This document shows positions 28,354 to 36,629 of a stretch of 64,000 bases of DNA, one piece after another. The stretch is from Bacteroidales bacterium (lineage in GTDB: Bacteria > Bacteroidota > Bacteroidia > Bacteroidales > WCHB1-69), in NCBI GenBank assembly GCA_017438945.1, contig JAFRUI010000014.1, positions 146,360-210,359 on the forward strand, read 5' to 3'. Below the pieces are notes generated by a model that was given only the letters and a program-made list of their open reading frames with translations, searched no databases and had not been told where the DNA came from. The position numbers were made by a program, and so were the translations under genes. Position 1 is the first letter of the stretch. The number at the start of each line of letters is the position of its first letter.

Positions 28354-28367
28354 CCCCCTGAAAATCC

Positions 28368-28389
28368 GAGACGCGGCATGCCACGTCTC
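28368..28389 (+). promoter_or_regulatory. Near-perfect 22-nt palindrome in the galK 5' leader (GAGACGCGGCATGCCACGTCTC)
   Basis: Lies between the -7 box and ATG 28411. It belongs to the same GAGACG...CGTCTC family as the three post-stop palindromes. Confidence 0.6.
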
Positions 28390-28410
28390 TACAAGGGTAA
28401 AACTCCGACT

Positions 28411-29523
28411 ATGCAGAAAACCGAACGCCACTTTTTCGCCCCGGGGCGCGTGAACCTCATCGGCGACCACACCGACTACAACGGCGGACTCGTCTTCCCC
28501 GCCGCGCTCAATATGGGTACGTATCTCACTGTGAAAAAACACGATGATGCGAATCTTTGCCGTTTCATCTCCGAAAACGATTCGGCGGAGTTTCTGATTC
28601 GCAAGGAGGAACTGTCGCAGAAGCGGAACAGCTGGGTGGATTACCCGCTCGGCGTGGTCAAGGAGTTCACCGACAGGGGATTTCCCGTGAGTGCTCTCCA
28701 GTTCCGCTATCGCGGCGACCTGCCCATCGGGGCCGCGCTCTCCTCTTCCGCCTCCATCGAAATGGTGACCGCCGTGGCCCTCAACACCCTGAACGGCAGT
28801 CCGTTCACGATGATGCAGCTTGTCCAAATGGCCCAGCACGCGGAAAACGACTTCGTGGGGATGAACTGCGGCATCATGGACCAGTTTGCCTCGGGATTCG
28901 GCAAAAAGGACTGCGCTATCGCGTTGGACTGCAACACGTTGGAGTACGAGCACGTGCCGTTGGAGATGCACGGGCTGAAGTTCGTCATCGCCAATACCAA
29001 CAAGAAACGCGGACTCGTGGATTCGGCCTACAACCAGCGGCGCAGCGAATGCCAGCAGGCGTTGGAGATCATCCGTGCGCACCGGCAAGTCGATTGTCTC
29101 TGCCAACTCACGATGGATCAGTTTGATACATTTGCGCCATATCTTACGGGCAATGTGCTCAAGCGGGCGCGACACGCGGTGCGCGAGAACGAGAACGTGC
29201 GCGAGGCCGTCACTGCGCTCAAGGCCGGCGACATGGTCCGTTTCGGTCAGCTGATGAACGCCTCGCACGCCACCCTGCGCGACGACTACGAGGTCACCTG
29301 TCCCGAACTGGACTTCTTGGCCGAACGGGCGCAGCATTTCCCCGGCGTGCTCGGCAGCCGCATGACCGGCGCGGGCTTCGGTGGCTGCACGGTAACGTTA
29401 ATCGCTGATGATCAAGTAAATGCGTTTATCGAAAGTCTCGGCAAGGCATACGAGGAAAGATTCAGCTTGCGTGCTGATTTCTATGTGGCGGAGATTGGAG
29501 ACGGAGCGGGGGAATTCATCTGA
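28411..29523 (+). CDS. galK: Galactokinase
   Basis: APGRVNLIGDHTDYNGG and GAALSSSAS, a GHMP kinase. The track start at 28351 translates the promoter and palindrome. Confidence 0.95.
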   Translation: MQKTERHFFAPGRVNLIGDHTDYNGGLVFPAALNMGTYLTVKKHDDANLCRFISENDSAEFLIRKEELSQKRNSWVDYPLGVVKEFTDRGFPVSALQFRYRGDLPIGAALSSSASIEMVTAVALNTLNGSPFTMMQLVQMAQHAENDFVGMNCGIMDQFASGFGKKDCAIALDCNTLEYEHVPLEMHGLKFVIANTNKKRGLVDSAYNQRRSECQQALEIIRAHRQVDCLCQLTMDQFDTFAPYLTGNVLKRARHAVRENENVREAVTALKAGDMVRFGQLMNASHATLRDDYEVTCPELDFLAERAQHFPGVLGSRMTGAGFGGCTVTLIADDQVNAFIESLGKAYEERFSLRADFYVAEIGDGAGEFI

Positions 29524-30878
29524 GAAACGGCGTACAACGGAATAATCGTCACGTGGCGGACCTCGTTTCCCGATTTAGGGTCAGTGTAGTCGAATTGACC
29601 GAAGTTCTCCAACGAGCAACGTACGGCTTGTGTCAAATTCTTGTCGCGCATGAAGTCCCACAAACTTTTCATGCCACCTTGAACACCGGCCTTCACCTCG
29701 AAAGGTAGTACTTTCATATCGTATGGAAGCACATAATCGACCTCTGCGGTGGCATTCTTGGCCTGTCGTATCCAATAGAACAACTCGTGGTGAAGATTGG
29801 GCGAGAGATAATGCAACAACTCTAATCCAGCCAACATTTCTGCCAAAGGACCCTTGTTCACCAGATCTGCCGCCGAGGCTGTTAGAATCTGAGTGGTAAT
29901 GGCTGTGATGTCACCCATTGACATGTTGAGCAACCTCAACAACAAACCAGTGTCTAATAACAATATTTTGCGGATAGTGTCGTTTCGCTCATCGCCCAAG
30001 GGCAGGCCGTTGGCATCAGTGTACGTAACAGGAATCAGGATGCCAGCCTTAATCAGCATTTCGAGAGATTTCTTCACTTCTGCCGTTTTGTATTCGCCCG
30101 GCACTTTCGCATAGATGAACTTCTTGGTGGCCTGTACAGCAGCGCTTTTCATGGTGGCACTCAACAATTGTGGATCAATCTTTTTCTTGTACTTCGGGAA
30201 ATCGGCCTCATAACCCGTCAGGATGTCATCCTGCACTTCCTGACACTGAAGGTAGTCGTTGGTTTCCACCCATTTAGCCACTGACTCAGGCATTCCTCCT
30301 ACCAACATGAAAGTACGTAAAAGTTGTACCAGCTTGTCGTGCAGCGGGGCGGGTAGCGGAGAAATGGCAGATGCTTGATTTCGAGCCTCCAAAAGCAGTT
30401 TCTCTCCATTGGCTAAGAGAAACTCGTCGAATGTCATGGGAAACATATACATAGAGTGGATGCGGCCTACGCCGAAGGTGGGGATGTCGTCAAGTACAAA
30501 TTCCAATAGCGAACCTGCGGCAATCACATGAAGGTCAGGCATATCCTCTCTGAAAAAACGCAACGCCATGATGGCCTCCCGACAGTCCTGTATCTCATCG
30601 ATGAACAGCAGGGTATCACCTGGGATGATGGGGATGCCACACATCGCAGCCATCTGCGAGACAATACGATTTACTTGTAGATCATTGATAAACAATGTTT
30701 TATAGTCGGGTTGTTTCTCAAGGTTGATTTCCACAAAATGCTTGAATTGCTCACCCAAATGCCGGACGGCTGTGGATTTTCCCACCTGACGTGCACCACG
30801 CAACAGGATAGGTTTATGCATTTTTCGCGCCGCCCATTCGCTTAAATAGCTGTCTATGATTCTTTTATAATATATCAT
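29481..30878 (-). CDS. AAA-type ATP-binding protein (AAA_14 / DUF4143 architecture)
   Basis: 465 aa with Walker A GARQVGKST and LFIDEIQ. It converges on galK with a 43-nt overlap. Confidence 0.75.
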   Translation of the reverse strand: MIYYKRIIDSYLSEWAARKMHKPILLRGARQVGKSTAVRHLGEQFKHFVEINLEKQPDYKTLFINDLQVNRIVSQMAAMCGIPIIPGDTLLFIDEIQDCREAIMALRFFREDMPDLHVIAAGSLLEFVLDDIPTFGVGRIHSMYMFPMTFDEFLLANGEKLLLEARNQASAISPLPAPLHDKLVQLLRTFMLVGGMPESVAKWVETNDYLQCQEVQDDILTGYEADFPKYKKKIDPQLLSATMKSAAVQATKKFIYAKVPGEYKTAEVKKSLEMLIKAGILIPVTYTDANGLPLGDERNDTIRKILLLDTGLLLRLLNMSMGDITAITTQILTASAADLVNKGPLAEMLAGLELLHYLSPNLHHELFYWIRQAKNATAEVDYVLPYDMKVLPFEVKAGVQGGMKSLWDFMRDKNLTQAVRCSLENFGQFDYTDPKSGNEVRHVTIIPLYAVSQMNSPAPSPISAT

Positions 30879-30896
30879 CTCCTAATTCTTCGGGTG

Positions 30897-30904
30897 CAAA
30901 AATA
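30897..30904 (-). promoter_or_regulatory. -7 box TATTTTTG for the ATPase gene
   Basis: 19 nt upstream of ATG 30878 on the minus strand. Confidence 0.45.
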
Positions 30905-30918
30905 CAAAAAATGAAATT

Positions 30919-30998
30919 ATCCAAAGAAATAATTTGCCAGAAATCGAAAAAATCCAAAGAAATAACGAGGATATTTTTGAAAAAATCCAAAGAAAAAC
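30919..30998 (+). repeat. Three direct repeats ATCCAAAGAAA(T/A)AA phased exactly 33 bp apart
   Basis: Copies at 30919, 30952 and 30985, each preceded by GAAA(A/T)(A/T), in the divergent promoter region. Confidence 0.85.
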
Positions 30999-31028
30999 CC
31001 CGAAGTTCACTGTTCACTAAAAAAAACG

Positions 31029-31036
31029 TACCTTTG
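31029..31036 (+). promoter_or_regulatory. -7 box TACCTTTG for the VanX-like gene
   Basis: 20 nt upstream of ATG 31056. Confidence 0.5.
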
Positions 31037-31055
31037 CCAACCAAAATTCCCAATT

Positions 31056-31871
31056 ATGAAAAGAGACCTCAGAACACTGCTTATATGTGCCGTCGCGTTG
31101 TGTTTCACCTTGACAGTCAGCGCCCAAAACGGGCATGTCATCGTGGCCGGGGTTGCGCCCTGCACGTCCGCCGCTTCCAGCACAACCGTGAAGCCCGAGC
31201 AGGACGCCAGCCAGTTCGTGAACATCACCGACGTGGTGCCGGACGCGATTCTGGAAATCCGCTATTTCAGTACCTACAACTTTGTGGGTCAGCGCATTGA
31301 CGGCTACCTGCAGCCCACCGCGCTGATGACCAGACGCGCCGCCGACAGTCTCAAGGCCGTCAGCGACGACGTGATGCGCATGGGCTACCGGCTGAAAATC
31401 TACGACGCCTACCGTCCGCAGATGGCCGTCAATCATTTCGTGCGCTGGGCCGCCGACATCCCCGACACGCTGATGCGGCGCTATTTCTACCCCGAGGTCG
31501 ATAAGAGTCGGTTGTTCGAACTGGACTACATCGCGGCGAAGAGCGGCCACACCCGCGGCTCCACCGTCGATCTCACCCTCTTCGACATGGCCACCGAGAA
31601 GGAGGTTGACATGGGCGGCACCTTCGACTGGTTCGGCGAGGAGAGCCATCCTGACTTCGGCGGTAACCCCGAGACGGGCGTCTATAACGGGAAACCGTCT
31701 CCTGCAGGCCGTACCATCACCGAAGAACAGTTCCGCAACCGCATGATCTTGCGTGCCGCGATGCTCCGCCACGGCTTCAAGCCCATCGACAGCGAGTGGT
31801 GGCACTTCACGTTGAAGGACGAGCCGTATCCCAGCACTTACTTTGAGTTCCCGGTGGAAGAGCTGAGATAG
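31056..31871 (+). CDS. Secreted D-Ala-D-Ala dipeptidase (M15D, VanX/DdpX-like)
   Basis: Signal peptide, AYRPQ, SGHTRGSTVDLTL and EWWHFTL. Confidence 0.8.
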   Translation: MKRDLRTLLICAVALCFTLTVSAQNGHVIVAGVAPCTSAASSTTVKPEQDASQFVNITDVVPDAILEIRYFSTYNFVGQRIDGYLQPTALMTRRAADSLKAVSDDVMRMGYRLKIYDAYRPQMAVNHFVRWAADIPDTLMRRYFYPEVDKSRLFELDYIAAKSGHTRGSTVDLTLFDMATEKEVDMGGTFDWFGEESHPDFGGNPETGVYNGKPSPAGRTITEEQFRNRMILRAAMLRHGFKPIDSEWWHFTLKDEPYPSTYFEFPVEELR

Positions 31872-31938
31872 GGGTCTATTAATGATGGAGTAGATAATGA
31901 TAACGGTGTGATAATTGAAATAAAAAAAACTGTGTTTT

Positions 31939-32433
31939 ATGAGAAAGTTATTGTTTTCGTTCGCTATTGTGATGATCGGCATTTTATCGGCTATTGCTCA
32001 GCCAGTAGGATATACCCACAAGGCTTTCCTTCCCGATGGCTGTGTGGTGAACTATTTGGTGGTAATCCAGAATGACAGCTGTTTTATCGAGGTGAACTTT
32101 GACTCCGACCAGTCAAAATTCACGGATCAACCCACGATGATGATTCGTACTTTTGCGGATGAAGTATTCAAGTTGAATGGATCGAACCCTGTATGCGTGG
32201 TCCAATCAAAATTAGTGGAGCGGGACGGTGAGACCAAGGTAGTTTCAGGTTTTTATTCAACAGTAAGATTCAATATTGAGCCATCTCAGATGGAGGCGCT
32301 GAAGAACGGAATTGCGAAAGTGAGACTCTCCACAACTCCGTATGAGCACGAGCGGGAATTCAAAAAAGATAAAATCGGCAAAAAACTGTATGAACACTAT
32401 CTGAAGGAGAAAGACAAAGATTCCAATTTCTAA
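31939..32433 (+). CDS. Hypothetical secreted protein
   Basis: 164 aa with signal peptide MRKLLFSFAIVMIGILSAIAQ. Confidence 0.55.
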   Translation: MRKLLFSFAIVMIGILSAIAQPVGYTHKAFLPDGCVVNYLVVIQNDSCFIEVNFDSDQSKFTDQPTMMIRTFADEVFKLNGSNPVCVVQSKLVERDGETKVVSGFYSTVRFNIEPSQMEALKNGIAKVRLSTTPYEHEREFKKDKIGKKLYEHYLKEKDKDSNF

Positions 32434-32554
32434 TTTTGATTCTCCCATTATTTGGAGGCGGAGACGAGTTTGTAACAGCGTTTTTCATTTATGCCCTCTT
32501 CGGGGCTGCAACATTGCCAAGCAAGACAGCGTCAGCGTACAACAATCCTGCACG

Positions 32555-33424
32555 TTGCTGCGTAATCTGCTCAAGGGTCAGGTGCCGCGCTATGAGCTGC
32601 CCGCCCACAAAGAGAACATTCTCGGTCAGGCCACGGGCACCCTCGTGGGCGGCAATCTCGCCACCTTCGCCCCGCTGCTCTGCTCCCAGGTCAACGAAAT
32701 CGGCCAGTCCGACATCATCCTCTTCGTGGAAGAGGTGGAGGAGACCCACCATAACATCGACCGCCTTTTCAACATGCTGAAAATGAGCGGTGTGCTTGCC
32801 CATTGCAAGGGCATCGTTTTGGGCGATTTCACCGATTGTGAAAACGATGTCGGCTATGAAAGCGTGGAGGCGATGCTGCGCCAATACATTGAACCGTACC
32901 ACATCCCGTTGCTCTGCGGCTTTCCTGCCGGTCACGAAAAGCTGAACCTACCGCTCGTGATAGGCGCACCCGTCACCCTCGACGTGCGTGCGGACGGTGC
33001 CACGCTCTCTTTCGACATCCCTGGCGACCAACGGGAAATTTACCCTCGGGAGATTATCTTTCAAGACGCGGAATTTGCCGAATGCCTAAACATTCAGCCA
33101 TCCAAAGACACAATTTTGGTGAAATTGTACTGGAGATTAGCGAAAGCGGAACTCTTAGAGTCCTCACTGGCAGAGTTGGACAGCGTTTTACAAACCGTCT
33201 GCACAGAAAGTAACCGTTTTGAACTCACCTACTGGGATTACACCATCGCGGAAGCCTCATCATATCCTGCTACCAGAAGAGGTGCGTTTTTGTACCAACG
33301 AATGGAATCCATTTGTCCAAACAGCCGCGTCACAAAAATGACTATCAAGCATGAAATCATCGAAAGATATACTGAAAAACAGCCCGGTTACCGTGTTTTG
33401 ATGATTTGCCCGGTGCGGGAGTGA
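32555..33424 (+). pseudogene. 5'-truncated LD-carboxypeptidase (S66, ldcA-like) remnant read through into about 130 unrelated codons
   Basis: Residues 1-155 (to about 33020) match only the C-terminal LdcA domain (GGNLATF, ILFVEEVEE, GFPAGHE). The N-terminal Ser-nucleophile domain is absent. The ORF opens with TTG, and GC content drops after about 33050. Confidence 0.65.
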
Positions 33425-33959
33425 AAAATCAGCCTACAAAACTAAAGATGCAATGCGAGTTGTCACATTCGTTGGAAAAAGTGCAACGAAGTAGCAATTA
33501 TTCGTTGAAAAAAATGCTGTAATGTTGTGTTAAAGAGAAGAATATCAGATACTTTGAAAATATAGAAGATAAAACTAAACCATAAGCCACTCGTTATCAC
33601 AGGAATTCGACATTTTGGAAAAACTTTCATCACTCAACATTTTGCTTCACGATTTAAGGGAGCCCATCCTACGCTTCATTCGTACCTGTCAGAATTAGTT
33701 TTGCATGAAATAGCAGAAAAACCTGCGAAAAACTTCCTGTGTAATTTAACTATTACAAAATTAAATTGTTAATGTTATTTATATATCATTGGTTTTTAAC
33801 AACAAAGAAAATCTCTCTAAAACCTTGACAATCATGAGATTTATTCGTATGTTTGCAAGGTGATTATTTTGCGTTTTTATAGAAATGCTATCGTGAAAAA
33901 TCGCAAATAACAATCACGAAAAAATATTGTTTTTTTATTGAAAAATCAACATTTATGTT

Positions 33960-33967
33960 TATTTTTG
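33960..33967 (+). promoter_or_regulatory. -7 box TATTTTTG for the HigB-like gene
   Basis: 17 nt upstream of ATG 33984. Confidence 0.45.
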
Positions 33968-33983
33968 CAAACTGATTTAAACT

Positions 33984-34466
33984 ATGACGAAGAAAAACTT
34001 ACTGATTGAATTACTGGAAGATAGCGGAAAAGTTAGCTTGTATTCTCCACGTTTTGAAGGCGAAGAACTCACAGAATTTGAGAAATTTTTGATCCGATTT
34101 AAGGATACTTATCCTAAAGACGTGGCTCAGCTCGTATATCGCTTGGATATCATTAAGCGTGATGGAGCGGCGGATAGGCACTTCAGATATGAGGGGACTC
34201 TACATGATCGGGTGATGGCATTACCTTCTCATTTAGAAACGACATCTTTGCGACTCTATCTACTTAACATTCAGTCTAAAATTCTAATACTTGGAAATGG
34301 CGGGCTAAAAACCACTTCCACCTATCAAGAAGATTATCATTTGAACAAATGTATGCAAACATTGCAAAAGATTGATATCGAATTGAAACAACTTGAAAGG
34401 AAGAATATTCTTACTATAAAGGGCACCCAGATCATAGGTCCTTTATTGCTTGAAATTAACGATTAA
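33984..34466 (+). CDS. Putative HigB/Gp49 (RelE-fold)-like toxin with an N-terminal extension
   Basis: 160 aa. LRLYLLNIQSKILILGNGGLKTTSTYQED resembles the RelE/Gp49 core. It is toxin-first and overlaps or abuts an XRE HTH gene. Confidence 0.45.
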   Translation: MTKKNLLIELLEDSGKVSLYSPRFEGEELTEFEKFLIRFKDTYPKDVAQLVYRLDIIKRDGAADRHFRYEGTLHDRVMALPSHLETTSLRLYLLNIQSKILILGNGGLKTTSTYQEDYHLNKCMQTLQKIDIELKQLERKNILTIKGTQIIGPLLLEIND

Positions 34467-34476
34467 ATATAATGGT

Positions 34477-34779
34477 ATGAAAACCAATAAGTTGATGGAT
34501 GAAATTAGACAGACCATGACTCCTGAAATGAAAAAGCAGATGGAGTTGTCAGTGAGTATAGCCAATCGTATCTATGAGATTTTGGAAGAGAAAGGGATGA
34601 GCCAGAAGGATTTGGCGCATGCACTGGGCAAAACAGAAACCGAGGTTAGCAGATGGCTTTCCGGAACGCACAACTTAACCACCGCCACCATAGCGAAAAT
34701 TTCTGTTGCCCTTGGTCAGGATATTATCCAAGTTGTCAGACCTCGTAAGAAAGTGAATTTGGCTGCGGCTGTGCTGTAA
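34477..34779 (+). CDS. XRE-family HTH protein (HigA-like antitoxin candidate)
   Basis: KGMSQKDLAHALGKTETEVSRWLSGTHNLTTATIAKISVAL. Confidence 0.7.
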   Translation: MKTNKLMDEIRQTMTPEMKKQMELSVSIANRIYEILEEKGMSQKDLAHALGKTETEVSRWLSGTHNLTTATIAKISVALGQDIIQVVRPRKKVNLAAAVL

Positions 34780-34896
34780 CATTTGACCAGCAAAGCGGCC
34801 ATGTTCTTTTTTCAGATACTTGTACTTATGGTTTTTCTTATAGCCATAGGCATTCCAGTCCGCTGCATCGCCAAGTTGCAAAAGACAACAGTCATA

Positions 34897-34917
34897 AGCT
34901 AACAGCCAATAGCCAAA
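34897..34917. repeat. Heptamer array, 3 units (AGCTAAC AGCCAAT AGCCAAA)
   Basis: Ends 6 nt before the SGLT -7 box. Confidence 0.75.
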
Positions 34918-34923
34918 AATTTG

Positions 34924-34931
34924 TACTTTTG
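34924..34931 (+). promoter_or_regulatory. -7 box TACTTTTG for the SGLT gene
   Basis: TACTTTTGCCCCC, 25 nt upstream of ATG 34956. Confidence 0.5.
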
Positions 34932-34955
34932 CCCCCAACTTAAAACCCTTAAAGA

Positions 34956-36599
34956 ATGAACCCCGCATTTCATACCTTAGACATCATCATTTTTGCCGCT
35001 TATCTGCTAGTGATTGTTGGATTAGGCATCTGGATTTCACATCGGAAGAAGAATAAAGACAAGACCGCCGAGGACTACTTTCTCGCAGGCAAGTCGTTGC
35101 CATGGTGGACGATAGGCGCTTCGCTGATTGCCGCGAACATCTCGGCAGAGCAGTTTATCGGGATGTCCGGATCTGGATTCGCGGGTGGTTTCGCGGTGGC
35201 GTCCTACGAGTTTATGGCCGCGCTCACCCTCATCATTGTGGCCAAGTTTTTCATGCCGATATTTGTGAAACAGGGAATTTACACCATTCCCCAATTCGTG
35301 GAGCAACGTTATTCACGGAATCTCAAGACAATCCTTGCCATTTTTTGGCTGGGACTCTTCATTTTCGTGAATCTCACCTCCGTGCTCTTCCTCGGCGCCA
35401 AAGCCATTGACACCATCATCGGCACAGGTGACGGCTCGCTCATCATGCCCGCTATCATTGGGCTGGGGGTGGTTGCCGCGCTCTATTCCATCACCGGTGG
35501 CCTTTCCTCTGTGGCGTGGACGGACATCCTGCAGGTCATTCTGCTTGTGTTAGGCGGCCTTATCACCACGGTGGTGGCGTTGCAGGTCATCAGTCCTGAC
35601 GGCACCGTGATGCAGGGCATCCAGCATCTCACCAACGTGGCAGGTGACCGGATGCATCTGATATTGCCGAAGGATAACCCCGAATACCATAACCTGCCCG
35701 GCATTGCGATGCTCATCGGCGGACTGTGGGTGGCCAACCTCTACTATTGGGGCTTCAACCAATACATCATCCAGCGGGCGTTTGCCGCCAAGTCGCTGCC
35801 CGAAGCGCAAAAGGGCCTGGCTTTCGCAGCCTTCCTCAAGTTGCTCATCCCGTTCATCGTGGTTATTCCTGGCATTGTGGCCTACGTGATGTTTACAGAA
35901 GGGCATCCGGGAGCATTGGAGGCCCTCACCAAGGCCAACGGCGCCCTCAACAACGACAACGCCTATCCGTGGCTGATCAGCACTTTCATCCCGACGGGTC
36001 TTAAAGGACTGGTACTCGCTGCGTTAGCCGCCGCCATTATCTCTTCGTTGGCTTCTATGCTCAACTCCGCTTCCACGATTTACACGATGGACATTTATAA
36101 ACCTTATATTGCTCCAAAAGTGAAGGAGAAAACGAGCAAAGATGTCAGTTTAGTGTTGGTCGGACAGATTTCCGCCGGACTTTTCCTCATTATCGCCATT
36201 CTGATTGCCCCACTGCTCGGAAGTGTGGGACAGATGTTCCAGTATATCCAGGAATACACGGGATTGGTGAGTCCGGGCATCCTCGCGCTCTTCTTGTTAG
36301 GATTATTCTGGAAGAAGACCACCAACAAAGGCGCCATTACGGGCGTGGTGTTATCCATCCCCATTGCATTGGCACTCAAGTTCTTGCCTATTGACATGCC
36401 CTTCATCGACCAAATGTTCTACACCTGTCTGCTCACGATGGCCATCATCGTGATGGTGAGTTTATGCACCTGCGAAAACGAAGACGATGTTAAGGGTATT
36501 GCGTTGACATCCAGCATGTTCCAAACCAAGCGCGATTTCCATATCGCAGCATACGCGATATGCATTCTCCTGGTGGTAATTTACGCCGTATTTTGGTAA
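34956..36599 (+). CDS. Sodium:solute symporter (SGLT-type sodium/sugar cotransporter)
   Basis: 547 aa with 13-14 TM segments and SSF motifs (YFLAGKSLPWW, GGLSSVAWTD). Confidence 0.88.
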   Translation: MNPAFHTLDIIIFAAYLLVIVGLGIWISHRKKNKDKTAEDYFLAGKSLPWWTIGASLIAANISAEQFIGMSGSGFAGGFAVASYEFMAALTLIIVAKFFMPIFVKQGIYTIPQFVEQRYSRNLKTILAIFWLGLFIFVNLTSVLFLGAKAIDTIIGTGDGSLIMPAIIGLGVVAALYSITGGLSSVAWTDILQVILLVLGGLITTVVALQVISPDGTVMQGIQHLTNVAGDRMHLILPKDNPEYHNLPGIAMLIGGLWVANLYYWGFNQYIIQRAFAAKSLPEAQKGLAFAAFLKLLIPFIVVIPGIVAYVMFTEGHPGALEALTKANGALNNDNAYPWLISTFIPTGLKGLVLAALAAAIISSLASMLNSASTIYTMDIYKPYIAPKVKEKTSKDVSLVLVGQISAGLFLIIAILIAPLLGSVGQMFQYIQEYTGLVSPGILALFLLGLFWKKTTNKGAITGVVLSIPIALALKFLPIDMPFIDQMFYTCLLTMAIIVMVSLCTCENEDDVKGIALTSSMFQTKRDFHIAAYAICILLVVIYAVFW

Positions 36600-36629
36600 T
36601 ATTGGCGAAGCACAACAGCTAACAGCCAA

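Noticed and set aside
29481-29523. The 43-nt convergent overlap of the galK and DUF4143 ATPase 3' ends, considered as a possible antisense regulatory arrangement.
   Set aside because: It is more simply explained by a non-conserved C-terminal read-on of the ATPase ORF (tail ...SQMNSPAPSPISAT). No structure or motif was seen in the overlap.
30911-31300. A 129-aa + strand ORF that begins in the ATPase/VanX intergenic region.
   Set aside because: It is made by translating the three phased ATCCAAAGAAA repeats and the promoter, then runs out of frame across the VanX-like gene start.
34675-34968. A 97-aa minus-strand ORF containing DWNAYGYKKNHKYKYLKKEHGRFAGQ, considered as a possible remnant of a mobile-element gene.
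   Set aside because: I cannot assign it to any family. It overlaps the XRE gene 3' end, a heptamer array and the SGLT promoter and start. It may be a gene fragment, but it is not supportable from the sequence alone.
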